A DNA stretch of 64,000 nucleotides from assembly GCA_951406725.2 (NCBI GenBank), contig OX597818.1, forward strand, positions 144,398,001 through 144,462,000, in the 5' to 3' direction. Position numbers and translations under genes: made by a program. Positions 27,293 to 39,924 of this stretch are shown here, one piece after another; position 1 is the first letter of the stretch; each line of letters begins with the position of its first letter. Origin of the DNA: Octopus vulgaris (Eukaryota). Below the pieces are notes generated by a model that saw only the letters and a list, made by a program, of their open reading frames with translations, ran no database searches and had not been told where the DNA came from.

Positions 27293-27352
27293 AGTTCGCT
27301 TTAGACTAACTTCACTTGATGGGTGAATTCTAGATTGATGTCTGTTGTTTAC
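27293..27352 (-). CDS. POLDIP3: POLDIP3-like exon 3 (60 nt, VNNRHQSRIHPSSEVSLKRT, phase 0-0)
   Basis: Acceptor tttttctttaatttccag and donor gtaagt flank an open 20-codon frame compatible with its neighbours. Confidence 0.75.
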
Positions 27353-27867
27353 CTGGAAATTAAAGAAAAATATTAAACTACAATACAAATATGTACAACA
27401 TTCCTTCCCTGTTCACATTACCCCTAACAAATATCTACCCACATATTAGTATATGTCAAATTAGACATATACAGCATATTCCATTTTCATACTATCCCCT
27501 AGTCTAGCAATGGTACAGTCCTCTTTGAACTTTTCTAACACCACCACTAATAATGAAGTTGAGTTGGTTGCTTAAGCCAGCTACCCAGATTTTTAAAATC
27601 GTTTTATATCTCCCAACAAAGTGGCTGCTTGAGGACTGATTTATTACTGGTTACTTGCTGCCATATTGGGAGTGACTGCTCACCTCATAAAAAAATGAAT
27701 ACCTTGAGTCCTGTTACACGAGAGATGATGTTATTTCAACTAGACTGAATCTAGAATCATGTAGCTGTTAAACAAACTTAACACCTGCTTTATCAAATGC
27801 ATGTAATTAACTTAATAACTTAATGAACTGAAAAGAAAAATTGCCAGAAAAGTGAACAGATATTTAC

Positions 27868-28363
27868 CGTACGAATAATATTGGCCCCAGCTGTGGTCAT
27901 TTTCCCTGGTACAGAGTCCTTAAACGACTGCGGTTTCCCTAAACCCATTATTGTTACCTTTGGGTTGTTTTGACTATTTAGATTCAATTTATGATTCATG
28001 ATAATTTTCTTCCTGGCATCTTGAACATATTTCTTTGCTTGAGAGTTTTGGATTTTATGTCTTGCATCAACAACATTGCTTCCAATTTTTTCCCTGGCAT
28101 CTTTGAAGGATTTTGCAGACAATTTCAGGCGGGCATCAAACTGAAGTAATGCTGGCTTTCGTTGAGGAGCTTTGACATGTTGATTGTAAACTTGCTGCTT
28201 ATGACTTGAAGGATTCTGACTGCCACTGCTCAGCCGTTGCTTTGCTGGTGGCCTTTGATTAGAAAAGTAAGGGGGTTTCTTTGTCATAGGTTTCAAGTTA
28301 CGAGAAAGTGAATTGGTTTTCAACAATGGCTGCAAGCGTTTGTTTTTCCAAGATTTTCCTTGT
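27868..28363 (-). CDS. POLDIP3: POLDIP3-like exon 2 (496 nt) with four DAR repeats: FDARLKL, KDAREKI, VDARHKI, QDARKKI
   Basis: Lies inside ORF 27820..28437. Acceptor tttaatttcag, donor gtaaat. DAR motifs are characteristic of the POLDIP3 N-terminal half. Confidence 0.9.
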
Positions 28364-28686
28364 CTGAAATTAAACCAAATTGAAGAAAATAAATAAAATG
28401 AATATATCATTTGATAAGTGATAACTAGCAAAACCATTTGCTTACAATAATCAATCCTTGAACATTGATAATATTAATGGCATTAATATAATTAATATAT
28501 AATATGCTTTGATAAGCTACACCTGACATGTTACTAAAATAGGATGTAAACATGTCAAATGTAGCTTCTTATCAAAGCAGATAGTAATGCTGCTATGACT
28601 AATATTTAGATGTTTAAATACTAAAGATTTAAATGTGCAAGAAAAGAAAAGAATGATGAAAACTTGAAACTAGGATATAAACTTTA

Positions 28687-28903
28687 CCCTTTAGCATTTA
28701 AACTAGCCACATCTGGTGCAAACATTCTACCTGTTTTATGTTCAAAATCAGCCATATCTAGCCTCTCACACTTACCCTATACTGTCATTCTACAAATAAA
28801 CAATCAGGTAATCAAAATCTTAAAGCTACAAAATAATGCATGATTAATTCAATTCAATGTGAACAAACATAACATCTTACAGAATAATCTGAATGCTAAA
28901 GGA
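28687..28903. mobile_element. piggyBac-type MITE, second copy
   Basis: Similar to 917-1137 throughout; TTAA at 28904-28907. Confidence 0.7.
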
Positions 28904-30321
28904 TTAAAATCTCTTTCCTTCAGTCACAATCAAATGTGATCTCAGTATGAAGAATTTAATAATGACTGTAAAATTTGAATTTTTCCGAAATAGATACTTG
29001 GCATAAATTCCTTCATTGATTCATGCCAAGCTGCAGATTCTAACAAATGTTTTAAACAAGAGAACAATCTTCTTGTCCCTACAACTTTTTGATGTTATTT
29101 TACATAAAATGAAGACCAAGTGTGAAGTAAGAGAGAAGTGATACCATGTGATAAAAGTGCAATAATGAATGATATTGATTTTCAACACATGCACAAAGGT
29201 TACAAACTGATTTTGGAGATGAAACAATCAGTTACATCAACTCTCATACTTAAACCAAAAAGGATCAAAGCTAAACATCAATCATGGATGTTGATTTAAA
29301 CTGAGACAGTAAAGGAATGTAACCACATACCAGAAGATATTTTCTCCAACACACTACTGATTCTACTAGGTTGAATTTTCCATGGTCACACTAACTACAA
29401 TCTACTGGCAAATGTGTATTTATGAAACTATTTTCTTTGGTTTCTTGAAGTATCAAGCTCAAATCATCTAAAGTAATTAATTACTGACTGAGAAATGAAT
29501 TACTACCAAACTTTTGTCCAGTGATCTAAATAATCTATGTTACTGAATATGATTTGAGGAAGATTTGGCTGCTGTTTCAAGCAATTTATGTAAAGGCTCT
29601 CCTATTGGTTTGTTTGCACAAATTTGTTGCTGAGAGGATTTTTGTGGTCTCTACGACTAACAGCTTAACCATAAGAACATTAAGCCTGTTGACTTGAGCC
29701 TATTCACTGAGAAAGTAAAAAAAAATTCTTTTTTTAAATATTTGTACAATGGTTTCAAAATCAATAAAATTTATATTGCATATCATTATGCAATATATAG
29801 ATGCAGCAAGAGCCATATGGTTCATGTGGATCCAGATCTGACCCTTCACCTCCATGTAGCACCATGGGCAGGTGCCTTCTACTGTAGGTTGACCTATACA
29901 TTGTAAATGAAATTTAGTAATTGGCAACTATGGAAGCATGCAAATATGTGATCATCTAAACCTCTTGAATATGGTACTCCAACAAGACCACAATCTAATG
30001 ACTGAAATCAGTAGAAGAGCAAGATATTCTGTGAGCAGGGTGATACACTGCACAACAATTTTGTCAAGTGTTTGATGGGTGACCCAAGAGTATGCTGAAC
30101 TGAAATACGGAATAAAATCTTTCCAATAAAGCTTAGTTTACTTGTGATGCAATGTTCATGTTATTCACATTTTGCTTAATCAGCACATGAAATATATTAA
30201 TATATGTTGTAGTTATTTATTATGGCAAATTAGTACAATTTATTCCTTGGAAAGAAAGTTCTCATAATGCTGGCAGGATAAATTTGGTCACGCCAACAGA
30301 CTGTTCAAGTTGAAATATGTT

Positions 30322-30425
30322 CAGATCTGACTGGCCTGGTGCAGCCTTCTGGCTTCCCAGACCCCAGTTGAACCGTCCAACCCATGCTAGCATGGAAAGC
30401 AGACGTTAAACAATGATGATGATGA
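30322..30425 (+). mobile_element. RTE LINE 3' tail fragment
   Basis: Reverse complement of 25376-25483; ends in (GAT)n. Confidence 0.8.
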
Positions 30426-30429
30426 GCCT

Positions 30430-32030
30430 AGAGTTTGTCTGTAGATCAACTGCAAGACAGTCTGCTTGTAAGCTCTCTACTGTCAGCAATGAGACAAGTC
30501 TTCCCATAGTGCTCATCTTCCAAGACCAAATCTTAAGGCACATATCACTTTAAGTGTTGAGGAATCATATGAAGCTGGAACATATGAAGAAAAGGATAAA
30601 GACATTTCTAATCCTACATTTCAGGATATCTGTTCCTTCAATGGACCACATTTACTGTTATAAGGAGATCTGAACAACCTAGTTCATAATTTGAATCTAA
30701 GTGGCAGGCTGAAGTTTTAAATGTAAGCTCAAAGAGTGAGAATCTACATGATACTCTACCACAACCACCAAGATGACTTCAAAGAATGGGTCTTAATTGA
30801 AGATGGATTCGTGCTTTGTAAACATTCTGTGAAGGGAACTCTAGTCGAACTGAACATAGATTGTTGATTGGTTCTTCAAAAGGACCTTTCCATAACAGAA
30901 ATTCTCTAAACCTATTGTACATGCTACAAACATCAAAGGCTTGGACAACAAAACGGTCTTTATATGTTTCAGTAACAGGAATATGAGCGAGATATCTGAA
31001 GAGGTCTGAAGATCATTGCACTTTTACTAGGGCTGCACTGGGATCACATCAAGTCTTGTTTTTAAACTCCTGTGAATGAGACAGTAGGGACAAGTACACC
31101 TACCATGTTCAGAAGAAGTGACTAAAGCATACCTCACTTGTTCCACCCTCCATCAGACACCTACCATATTCTGAGCGCCTTGTTTCCCTGGGCATGGATT
31201 CACTGAAGCTCCGGCGTCTGGCAACGGACTTGGTAAACACCCACAAAGTTCTCAACCACCTCACCAATAACACTGAACAAAACTGCCTGCGTCAGTTGTT
31301 GACTGCCATGACACTGCATCCTTTAAGGCCCTCATGCTTTCCGAAATCCGCCGAAACTACACCTGATTATATATACACTTTAGATGAGTAATAGTGCACC
31401 TGAGCACTGTATACAATTATTATTATTATTATTATATAGATGGTTTGTCTGATCCTGATAAATTGTATCTTCCTCCTTTGCATATTTAGCTTGGACTTCT
31501 AAAAATCTTTATAAAAGTGATAGATAAAACAAACTGGATTCATCATTTTTGTAGGTCCTTATATCAGAGTATTCTTAAAGGAAGAGAGATTTGAAGGAAA
31601 CTGGAATGAAGTTGAGAAAGCTGCAAAACAAATTTTCAAAAGTATCTGTTTTGGAGAAATCAAAATACTGAGAACTATTCTGACACAGTAGGTAATCTTA
31701 AATCTTACCAAGTGATGGGCACAGTGTGACAAAGTGTTTTCTGTTTGGAATGACTTTCATTTTTTTTATTTATTAGAAAAACTGGGTCTGGTGAGCATTT
31801 CCTCTATGATATTTCTACCATAGAAAAAGCATTACACGGCAACTAGAGCCTGAATACATGCTTGCTGACCATTGCTGGACCCTGAGGCAAAATATAGTAG
31901 AAAATCAAACTAGGCTACTTTTTTTAACCAAGCATATCTTTTCCATTGTATTTTAAGATGTGTAATTATAAAAGCCGTTAAAAGTTAAATTGCACACCAC
32001 ACAAAAACCTGATCTGATAGAGAAACATCA
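30430..32030 (+). mobile_element. Degenerate Chapaev3-like (CMC) DNA transposon, interrupted by a CR1-like fragment
   Basis: Collinear remnants GDLNNLVHNLNLS; RLLIGSSK; LKIIALLLGL...CE*DSRD; LYLPPLHI*LGLLKIFIK; GEHFLYDISTIEK; MLADHCWTL. All recall Chapaev3 transposase motifs. Confidence 0.75.
31143..31436 (+). mobile_element. CR1-like LINE 3' fragment with (ATT)n tail
   Basis: LPYSERLVSLGMDSLKLRRLATDL; same family as 50780-51790. Confidence 0.8.
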
Positions 32031-34911
32031 ATTTATTTGGATTCAGTAAAGAAAAAAAAAAACTGAGAATCAGGTATTTTCATTCTCACTATTCATTGTT
32101 ACAAAATAAAAACAACAGAGCAAGTTATTTCAATTCCATGTGTCATCCTTAAAATCCATTTTCCTTAAAATTATATATTATGCATGACAATATAGAATGA
32201 TTTCAAATTTCAAAAATTATCCTCACAAAATTCCTTTCATAAAGACAAATCAATAAAAAGAGTAGTTTTGCTGATATTGGTACCAGCACTGGAGGAGTTA
32301 AGAGAGAGTTTGCTTATATTACTTTGAATACGAATTATGCAATTTGTAGAATTAACTTTTACCCACCAGAATTTGGCTTTGCCCAGTTCTACAAGGATTA
32401 TTGAAATTTGTATAATTTTTTTCCTTTTTGTTAGATTAATAATCATTAACCCTCATATACAGAATTTAGTACTCTTTTTCTAATATTTCTCCATGGGGTT
32501 GGTGTATGCAAGGTTCAAAATAGTCTTGAGATATGAGGGGGGGGGGGGTCAGAGATTTCTTCAACAGTTAAGCATTTTGACCACTTATTTCTAAACGTCG
32601 ATGTTTAAGACTATTAACGAAACAATATGTAGAGATGAGGGTAAGGCTAAATTATTTTGTAGTCAAGTATGTTGTTATCTACCAACTTACCAAGAATAAT
32701 AATTTCTTCTATGGATTTCAAACACTAACATAAAGTCTTTAATTTCGACATTAATACTTGAAAGGGGAGGTTGTTCTATCGACTACAAATGTTTAAGAAT
32801 ATAACAAAACACAAGACATTTTTGTCTGGGACTCTTTCTATTCTGTTATCATCCATCATTCACAGTAGATTCCAAATGTGTGTAGAGGCCATACATCTGT
32901 GAGGAAGAGTGTAACTGATTGTTATACCAACCTCAGTACTTAAGCTTATTTCACAGACAATGAAAGGATAAACAGTAAGGACAAAGAGAACGAATTTTGA
33001 AATTGGAATAGAAAAAGTTGCGAGGCAACGCCGCTCTGCCGATTCGGCAATTCCATCCATTCGTCTTCGAGAATAACAATCTAAGGGGAATAACCAAAAT
33101 TTGAACTGAGGAATCCTATTGTAGACTTAGAATATATTTCTTCTGCATGTTTTGTCCGTTTTATTGTAAAATGGTTTGAAGAGTAAAAGAAGCGAGAAGA
33201 AACAAAGAGGAACTGATAAATATATTTATGTGTGACTTTGTTAAACCAGGACAGCTTGGACGTTTACTTGAAAAGCACCTTTCTATTTATATGGAGCTAA
33301 TTTAAAATTAGTTGCGAACACATTTAAAAGAGAAACAATTGCCTTAATGAGAGAAGCGAACACAGATTGAAATGAAGAGTGAATTTAAATGGAAATCTAT
33401 TTTACACACCAAACCGAGTACGGTGGTTAAGATGTTACTTTGTTATCCATCGCAGGATCTATATTTAAGCAGAAAAAGATAATATTTACTCCGAATTCTT
33501 CTTAGTTTAACTTCAGAGAGAAATATCTTGTCAGGAATGTTAATCAGATGAACCCAAGGAACAAGTCTGTAGTGATGCGATAAGGATTACACGACTATTC
33601 CATACATTTATAGGTGAATGTATATTCAAAGTTTAATGGAATTTAGGAGCATTTTCAATATAATTTCTGTTTATTTATCGACCACAACGAGATGGAAAAT
33701 AAATTGAAGCCTACACAAGATTTCAACACATAATGGTAGCAGTACTCAGTAGTAGAACCAAACAACAGAGCTGAATATAAGATTTGGTTTCTTGGATGTC
33801 AAGTGTAACAAATAAGCAAATACAAAAATCAATAGAATGAAAAAAGAAATGAAGTAAAAGATATTCTGACAAAAATGGATAATTGAAATACATAAAGATG
33901 AAGAACGGGAATATTTTTAATGAAATTGTCAACTTCGGTTGCAACAAACAAATAAATTTTAAAATTACTGATTAAACTAAACGTGAAATACAAATACGTG
34001 GAACCATAAATAAATATTTATATAATAATTGAACATTAATACAAATATGTATATATATATATATATATATGGAAACAAGGCTACTATTCATTATTATTAT
34101 GGAATAAAACCAAAGTGAACCTGTTTAGATACTCTAAAAAAACAAAAGGTTAACTTGTTTCTTTGAGTTCCTGACAGAGCGACAGCTTTAAAAGAAAAAT
34201 ACAATTAAGGCAAAACTAAAATCGATTCACCCCAATAAAAGCTGACGTTTTCTCATTGGAAAAAACATTTTTGAATAGTAAACATAATCAAGAAATAATA
34301 TAAATCGCTCAAAATACACATATTTTTGGTTAAGTCAAAAGGAAAGTGAAATGTTTGGTAAAAAGTATTTTTGTAGAGAATTCATTTGGAAAGAAATTTG
34401 TCAAAAGAAAGAAGATTTCAATTGGAATTTTTATAGAGAATATGTTATAGAGAATGCCTAATCAGCGAATCTTAATCCTGTCAAGCTGTGCAGAATGAAG
34501 AAGTGGAACACAATTTGAAGTCAGAGAAGAGTTTAAAGAAAGAGGAAAAAAGAATATTTACAAATTGTTAAAGAACACCTGGGGAATATTTCGAATTTAA
34601 TAAAAGATACGCTTCTGGGGGGGATTTAAAGCAATATATTTTGGCGACTTTAATGAACTTAAAGGATATTTTGAAGACAGAATTCTTAGAGAGTAAATGG
34701 ATTCGGTGTTTATAGATTTCCTGATGTATTTTGGTGAAGAAAGGAGACATGTGTCGGCGGAAAGCGAAGAGATTCGCTGAGGAGAGCCAAGTAGAAGGAA
34801 GCAAATAAGAGGAATGGTGGCAACGTATGTTGGTAGAATGAAACGTGGCAGGAAAGAATAAAGGAAAGTGCACAAGAGTCAAAGTGAATGGAACAATAAA
34901 CGACTACTCAC

Positions 34912-34967
34912 GAATCACGCGAACGGAAATCTTTCTTGATGTAATCGTCGAGCGAGAGGTCCGCCAT
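34912..34967 (-). CDS. POLDIP3: POLDIP3/SKAR-like RRM protein, coding exon 1 (MADLSLDDYIKKDFRSRD, ends phase 2)
   Basis: ATG at 34967 in AATATGGCG context. The N-terminus resembles vertebrate POLDIP3 (MADISLDELIRK). GTGAGT donor at 34911-34906; the phase joins exon 2 in frame. Confidence 0.88.
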
Positions 34968-35020
34968 ATTTAACTGATTAATTGAAAACCAACTTCCGTC
35001 TTATAGCCTCAACTTCCGCT
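34961..35020 (-). promoter_or_regulatory. Probable POLDIP3 core promoter/5' region with a YY1-type CCGCCATNTT over the ATG and two ETS-type ACTTCCG motifs
   Basis: ccgccatatt at 34961-34970; aacttccg at 34991 and 35011; locally raised CpG. Motif matches only. Confidence 0.45.
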
Positions 35021-35800
35021 TATAACATTGACACCACCAATTCATTTAGGTTTTATGGAGAAGTAATGCAAGATATCACGTATATAATATATAGTAAGGT
35101 GAAAGTCGCCGTTCAGCAGAGATTATTCGAGCAATTAGTAGACAATAGCTCTCTCAAGAGGTTTCTGAAAATTAAAAATCACATATTTTATTAGAGCCAA
35201 CCAGGAATCCTTTTAGTATTACCTTGATCTCATGAAACTATCTTAAGAGAAATGGGATAGGGTCTCATATATGTATTTTATAGGGTTGGGGTGAAACACT
35301 TCTGTCAGTAGTTGACAAAAATCTCTCGTGTGTTTGAAAATTAAAGATCATGTATTTTATTACAGCCAATGAGGGGGGGGGGGCTTGGTGCAAATCTTGG
35401 AAAGACTGATTCTTGCTGGCAAGTCAAAAACTCAGAATCTTAAATCATATTTTCTAAACTGTTTTGAAGGCCTTATATTCGCTATCATTGACTGATTTAA
35501 AAGATTTTCTCAGAAAGCAAATAATAGCTGAAAATATCTATGATGTGTATGTATAAGTTATGTTAAGTCTAGAGGGCAATGTGTTCCATTGTGTTTATAG
35601 CATTTGAGAATAATCTCACATGGCATCATATTGCCAGTATATCTGTGCCGGAATGACCACCAGGCATAGATGTCAGCTGCTGTGATTTTTAAAAACATCC
35701 CTCTTACAAAAGTACTTATAGGCCGGTAGTGTGCACCTTGTCCAACACATTTCCTAGCAAAATGCGTAGATGCTCACTGGAAAAGAATTGGCTTCATTGG

Positions 35801-36111
35801 TGTGGAAATAAGATGAGTGGAAGAACAGGATTGTGGCGTTAACGGTCAAGGGACTTGATCAGAACAGGAAGGGTGAGAGAGGAAGTAAGATCAGAAACCT
35901 CCTAAGAAGAACAGAGGAGCGAGCGAGCTGAAAGAATTTGGTATTAGCAGCTGCTATCGTTAGGTGCACGAGCAGGGCGCGAGTTTTGGATTGAGTACAG
36001 CTGGACGGCAAAATGACGAAAAGATAGGCGAACGTTTTTTTATTTCCCCGCATAGAGTTACCTCGTACTAAAAGCTATTTTGGCACTCGTACTTTGTTAT
36101 CCCCTTCCACA
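35801..36111 (+). mobile_element. 5' LTR (311 bp) of a Gypsy-like element
   Basis: TG...CA ends with a 7-bp inverted repeat (TGTGGAA / TTCCACA), followed 3 nt later by PBS-like TGGCAGCG (36115). Confidence 0.7.
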
Positions 36112-36114
36112 TGA

Positions 36115-36567
36115 TGGCAGCGATTCCGTTAGACTTTTCTATGACGAAGGACGTGTGGTAACCTGGATTTGTAAGTTCAAAGTAGTGGCTCCTCGATGGA
36201 CAAGGAAGCCCAGCTGAGCGCGGCGAAGATCAAGCAGCGATTAAGGGGAGCTTATACGGAGGGGATGTACACCACGTTGGCTAAGCTGGGAACAAGTCGA
36301 TGTGTATGCTGCGAAGGTTGGGAGACTGACCATTCAAGGGCTGGTGCTTTAAGTGCCAGGGACTCCGCGGAGACGAAGCTTAGACCCATTTGCTACCGGT
36401 GCAGGCAGACTGGGCATATTGCTCGAAATTGCAGCCTGGAAAAAGGTGACGGGGAAGTTGCTGCCTCTCGAACTTCCTCCACGAGCGAGTAGAGACGCTC
36501 ATGCAGTTGCTGCCCGTAGTTGAAATCTTGGTAGGGGAAAAGGCGTCCGAAGCCCTGGTAGATACGG
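36115..36567 (+). mobile_element. Gypsy-like gag (CCHC knuckle) and protease start; internally deleted and 3'-truncated
   Basis: ORF 36196..36492 has CYRCRQTGHIARNC; downstream LPVVEILVGEKASEALVDT resembles an aspartic protease start. Confidence 0.8.
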
Positions 36568-37012
36568 TTAATATCTAGTTTAACACCTGGCCACCAAAAA
36601 GATTAAAAAAGTAAAAGAAATGTGTGGTAAACGAATCTGGAAACCACAATTTGCGCAAACGAACTGAGGAATGGGAAGAAGACTTTCGGAAAATTCCTGT
36701 GAGCTGATTTTTTCCCTCACAACTTTCAGGAAAATGGAAATTTTTAAAAATGAAATTTTATAAATACCTTTCAAACGGCATAGATTATGATTATAAAGAA
36801 ATTGGTATGGAAAATTTTGCCTGAAGGGCGGGGGAGGATTTTGGGAAAATTCACACGATCCAATTTTTTCCCTCATGACTTTCAGGAAAATGGGTATCTT
36901 TTAATGAAAGCTTATAAAAATACTTTTCAAACAGTATAGATAGATTACAATTATAAGGAAATTTGTGGGGAAAAATTTTTCCGAGGGTTGGGGTGAGGGA
37001 AGTTTCGGATCA

Positions 37013-38014
37013 TCATCATCATTCATCATTGTTCGACCGTGGTCGAGACAATGGAATTTACTATGCTACGCCAGACTTCATGGTCCATCATGGCATTACG
37101 GAGGTCCTGTTGCTGGATGCCTGTATCCCTGGAGATTACATCAGGGTAGGAGAGTGTGCTCCCTCTGGTATTGCTAGTATATGGCTTCCAGAGGAGAAGA
37201 GTAGAAATTACCTCTTTTTCAGCTCTACAACAATGTCCAGCAAACTGGACTCTCTTACCTTTCACAAGAGATGACACAGGTGGTAGTTTCCCATATATTT
37301 GCATTTTGGTTGGATGGCGCTTCCACAAGAGAGCTCTCATAAGGAGGCGAGTATAGGTTCCATCCAACCGCCTCTCAAGCTTCTTTGATAACGTCCAGGT
37401 TTCTGAGCCATATAGTAGAATTGGTTCGACTGTGGCTTTGAAGATTTCAAGTTTGAAGTCTCTACTTAGATTTGATGACCAGATCTTATGCATGTCATTA
37501 CAGGCTGACCAGGCCATACCCTTTCTAGTTAGAAAGTCTTTTCTAGATGATGATATGTATGACCCAAGATATTTGTAATCAGAAACCATATTTAAGGGTG
37601 CATTGTTGAGAGTATGGATGATGCAATCACTGTTGGACAGGCACTTGTTTATGTATTCAGTCTTGGCCTCATCGAGGTAAAAACCTACACAATTTGAGGC
37701 TTGTTCAAGAGATTGTAAAAGAGACTGGGCATTGGAGAGAGAATCACTGATAAGAGCGATGTCGTCAGCAAAGTCAGTGTCTGTCAAGTACTCAGCTGGG
37801 TGTCTGGAACTTCTTCTTGGTTTTATTTCAAAGCCCTTGCCAGAGATGGTATCAACTGACATACGTAGCACATAATCAACAACAATGATGAAAAGAAATG
37901 GGGCGAGTGTGTCTCCCTGCAGTATTCCAGCTTTGATTGAGAAAGATGATGTTTCTCCGTCAGGGGTTAAGATGGTTGAAGACGTATCTGTGTAGAGGAC
38001 CTTGATGGCAGAAA
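37013..38014 (-). mobile_element. 5'-truncated RTE-like LINE with an uninterrupted RT ORF (~330 aa) and an 8-bp TSD
   Basis: ORF 37026..38072: GILQGDTLAPFLF, DFADDIAL, YKYLGS, LLYGSETW. (GAT)n tail directly after the stop; TCGGATCA at 37005-37012 and 38015-38022. Confidence 0.93.
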
Positions 38015-38327
38015 TCGGATCAAGAAGACCACATAAGTTGGAATTTCTCCGTTTTGACGGGGATTTTCCCAACTGTTTTATTTTTTTATCACAGCCTTCG
38101 AAATGATGGAGAGCATATTTTTATGAAAAAATTGTTTGGAAAATTTATGATTTTTTTTACTCCCCTCTCCCCTTAATGACAATACCAATGCTAAATAACA
38201 GTAGTATGATTCCCTTCATGGGACTGTCACATTAAGTTGACAGTATACAACTACTTTATCATACCACTACTGCATATATCTCTCTGAGATATTTAGAAAT
38301 GTATTATTTCTCTCTCTCTCTCTCTCT

Positions 38328-38362
<35 letters not shown>

Positions 38363-38539
38363 CTTGGGCTCTCACTTTCCCCTTTATCTTCAACACTGGG
38401 TTTGTGTTTTTCCTCCATCTATTCTATCCCTCTATCTTTTCATCTATCTACTTTCCTGTAGAACATCATTTTCCACTGTGTTACTTTCACACATGTCTTG
38501 TCCTGATGCTGTCTCAGATCCATATGCCCTTTATTTCCT

Positions 38540-39232
38540 TTGTACATTTATATTCATACCAACTATCTGTGTAGCATTTGTTTTTGTCACTGTTCTCTAT
38601 GTTTGCCTCAAGACAGCTCTGAAACATGGCACAGGCATTTCTCAATGGGTTCCTGAGAAAATCTTTGAACACCTCCTTGATCTTGACCACTAGCTTGGCC
38701 TTGGTATCTTTCTCAACTATACCCTGGGATAACAATCAGAAGAATTAGGGGGCAGAAATTAGGGCTGATGAAGTCTTACTAATTCCCTGACAAACATTTC
38801 TTTCTTTTTCTAGAGGTATGGTAAGGAGATAAATCCTGTAGCTACACATATGGCTTTCCAGCAGCAACTCTCTCCAGCCATAGTTTGAACAGTCACCAGT
38901 CACTTCACAGAGTCATCTAAATTGAGCCTAAGGCTCTGTTAAAAGATGTGGGGATGAATGCCACTATGTAGATGCAGTCAGAACACCTGCTATGTCCCTT
39001 CCTGATGGACCCAGCTTTGTAGCTTCCATTACAGCTGTTCTTGTCACATCTTATAGCTTTTACAGTGTTCACAGAGCATTGAGCAGCGTTTTGACACTAG
39101 GTGCAAATCACCATGTTACAAGTAACTCTTTTCCAATATTCAGATAGCTCCCAGTGCTCCCTGTTAGCTAACTTTTTCTCAGCTACAACTTAAATCTTTA
39201 TGTTCTCCAGTACCATTAGCTGTGCACCAATA
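38540..39232 (-). mobile_element. Degenerate Tc1/mariner-superfamily transposase remnant
   Basis: PNFCPPNSSDCYP resembles WPPNSPDLNP; C-terminal KIKEVF...LRNACAMFQSCLEANIE. Confidence 0.55.
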
Positions 39233-39299
39233 CATTAAACTGTTGCTGAAAAAAGGAGATATTGAAAAACCCATCAGATTTAGCCCAAACACTAAATAT

Positions 39300-39692
39300 T
39301 TATGTATGCATGCATGCATGCATGCATGTATGTATGTATGTATGTATGTATGTATGTATGTATGTATGTATGTATGTATGTATGTATGTATGTATGTATG
39401 TATGTTCTCTTTCTCTTTTTAATTTGAAATGAACTTTGACCAGCCACCTACTTGACAGCAATGTTGTGAAGGTAAACATCTTGTTTTGTTCATCATCCTT
39501 TAAATCTTAAGAAGGTATAGTAGACGTTTATAGTCTCATATATCATGATCATTTGTAGTGTAAGAATTAAGGATTTGCTTTGTTTCCCCAAGAACCCAAG
39601 ATCTGCTATACTTTGCTCCAGATGGGTTGGTTTGTATCCTGTTGTTCTGATAATAATAGGTATGAAGCTGAAAATGTACCTTGGGTGCATGC

Positions 39693-39725
<33 letters not shown>

Positions 39726-39897
39726 TGTATGTATGTATGTATGCATGCATGCATGCATGCATGCATGCATGCATGTATGTATGTATGTATGTATGTATGT
39801 ATGCATGCATGCATGCATGCATGCATGCATGCATGTATGTATGTATGTATGTATGTATGTATGTATGTATGTATGTATGTATGTATGTATGTATGCA
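39300..39897. repeat. Two compound (TGTA)n/(TGCA)n microsatellites (39300-39403, 39687-39897)
   Basis: Direct reading of the sequence. Confidence 0.95.
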
Positions 39898-39924
39898 TTT
39901 TTTCTTTTATTCTTTTAATCTTTT

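Noticed and set aside
38023-38072. N-terminus of the 348-aa RT ORF as a genuine start
   Set aside because: It lies outside the TSD in flanking DNA; the element is 5'-truncated and the ORF extension is fortuitous.
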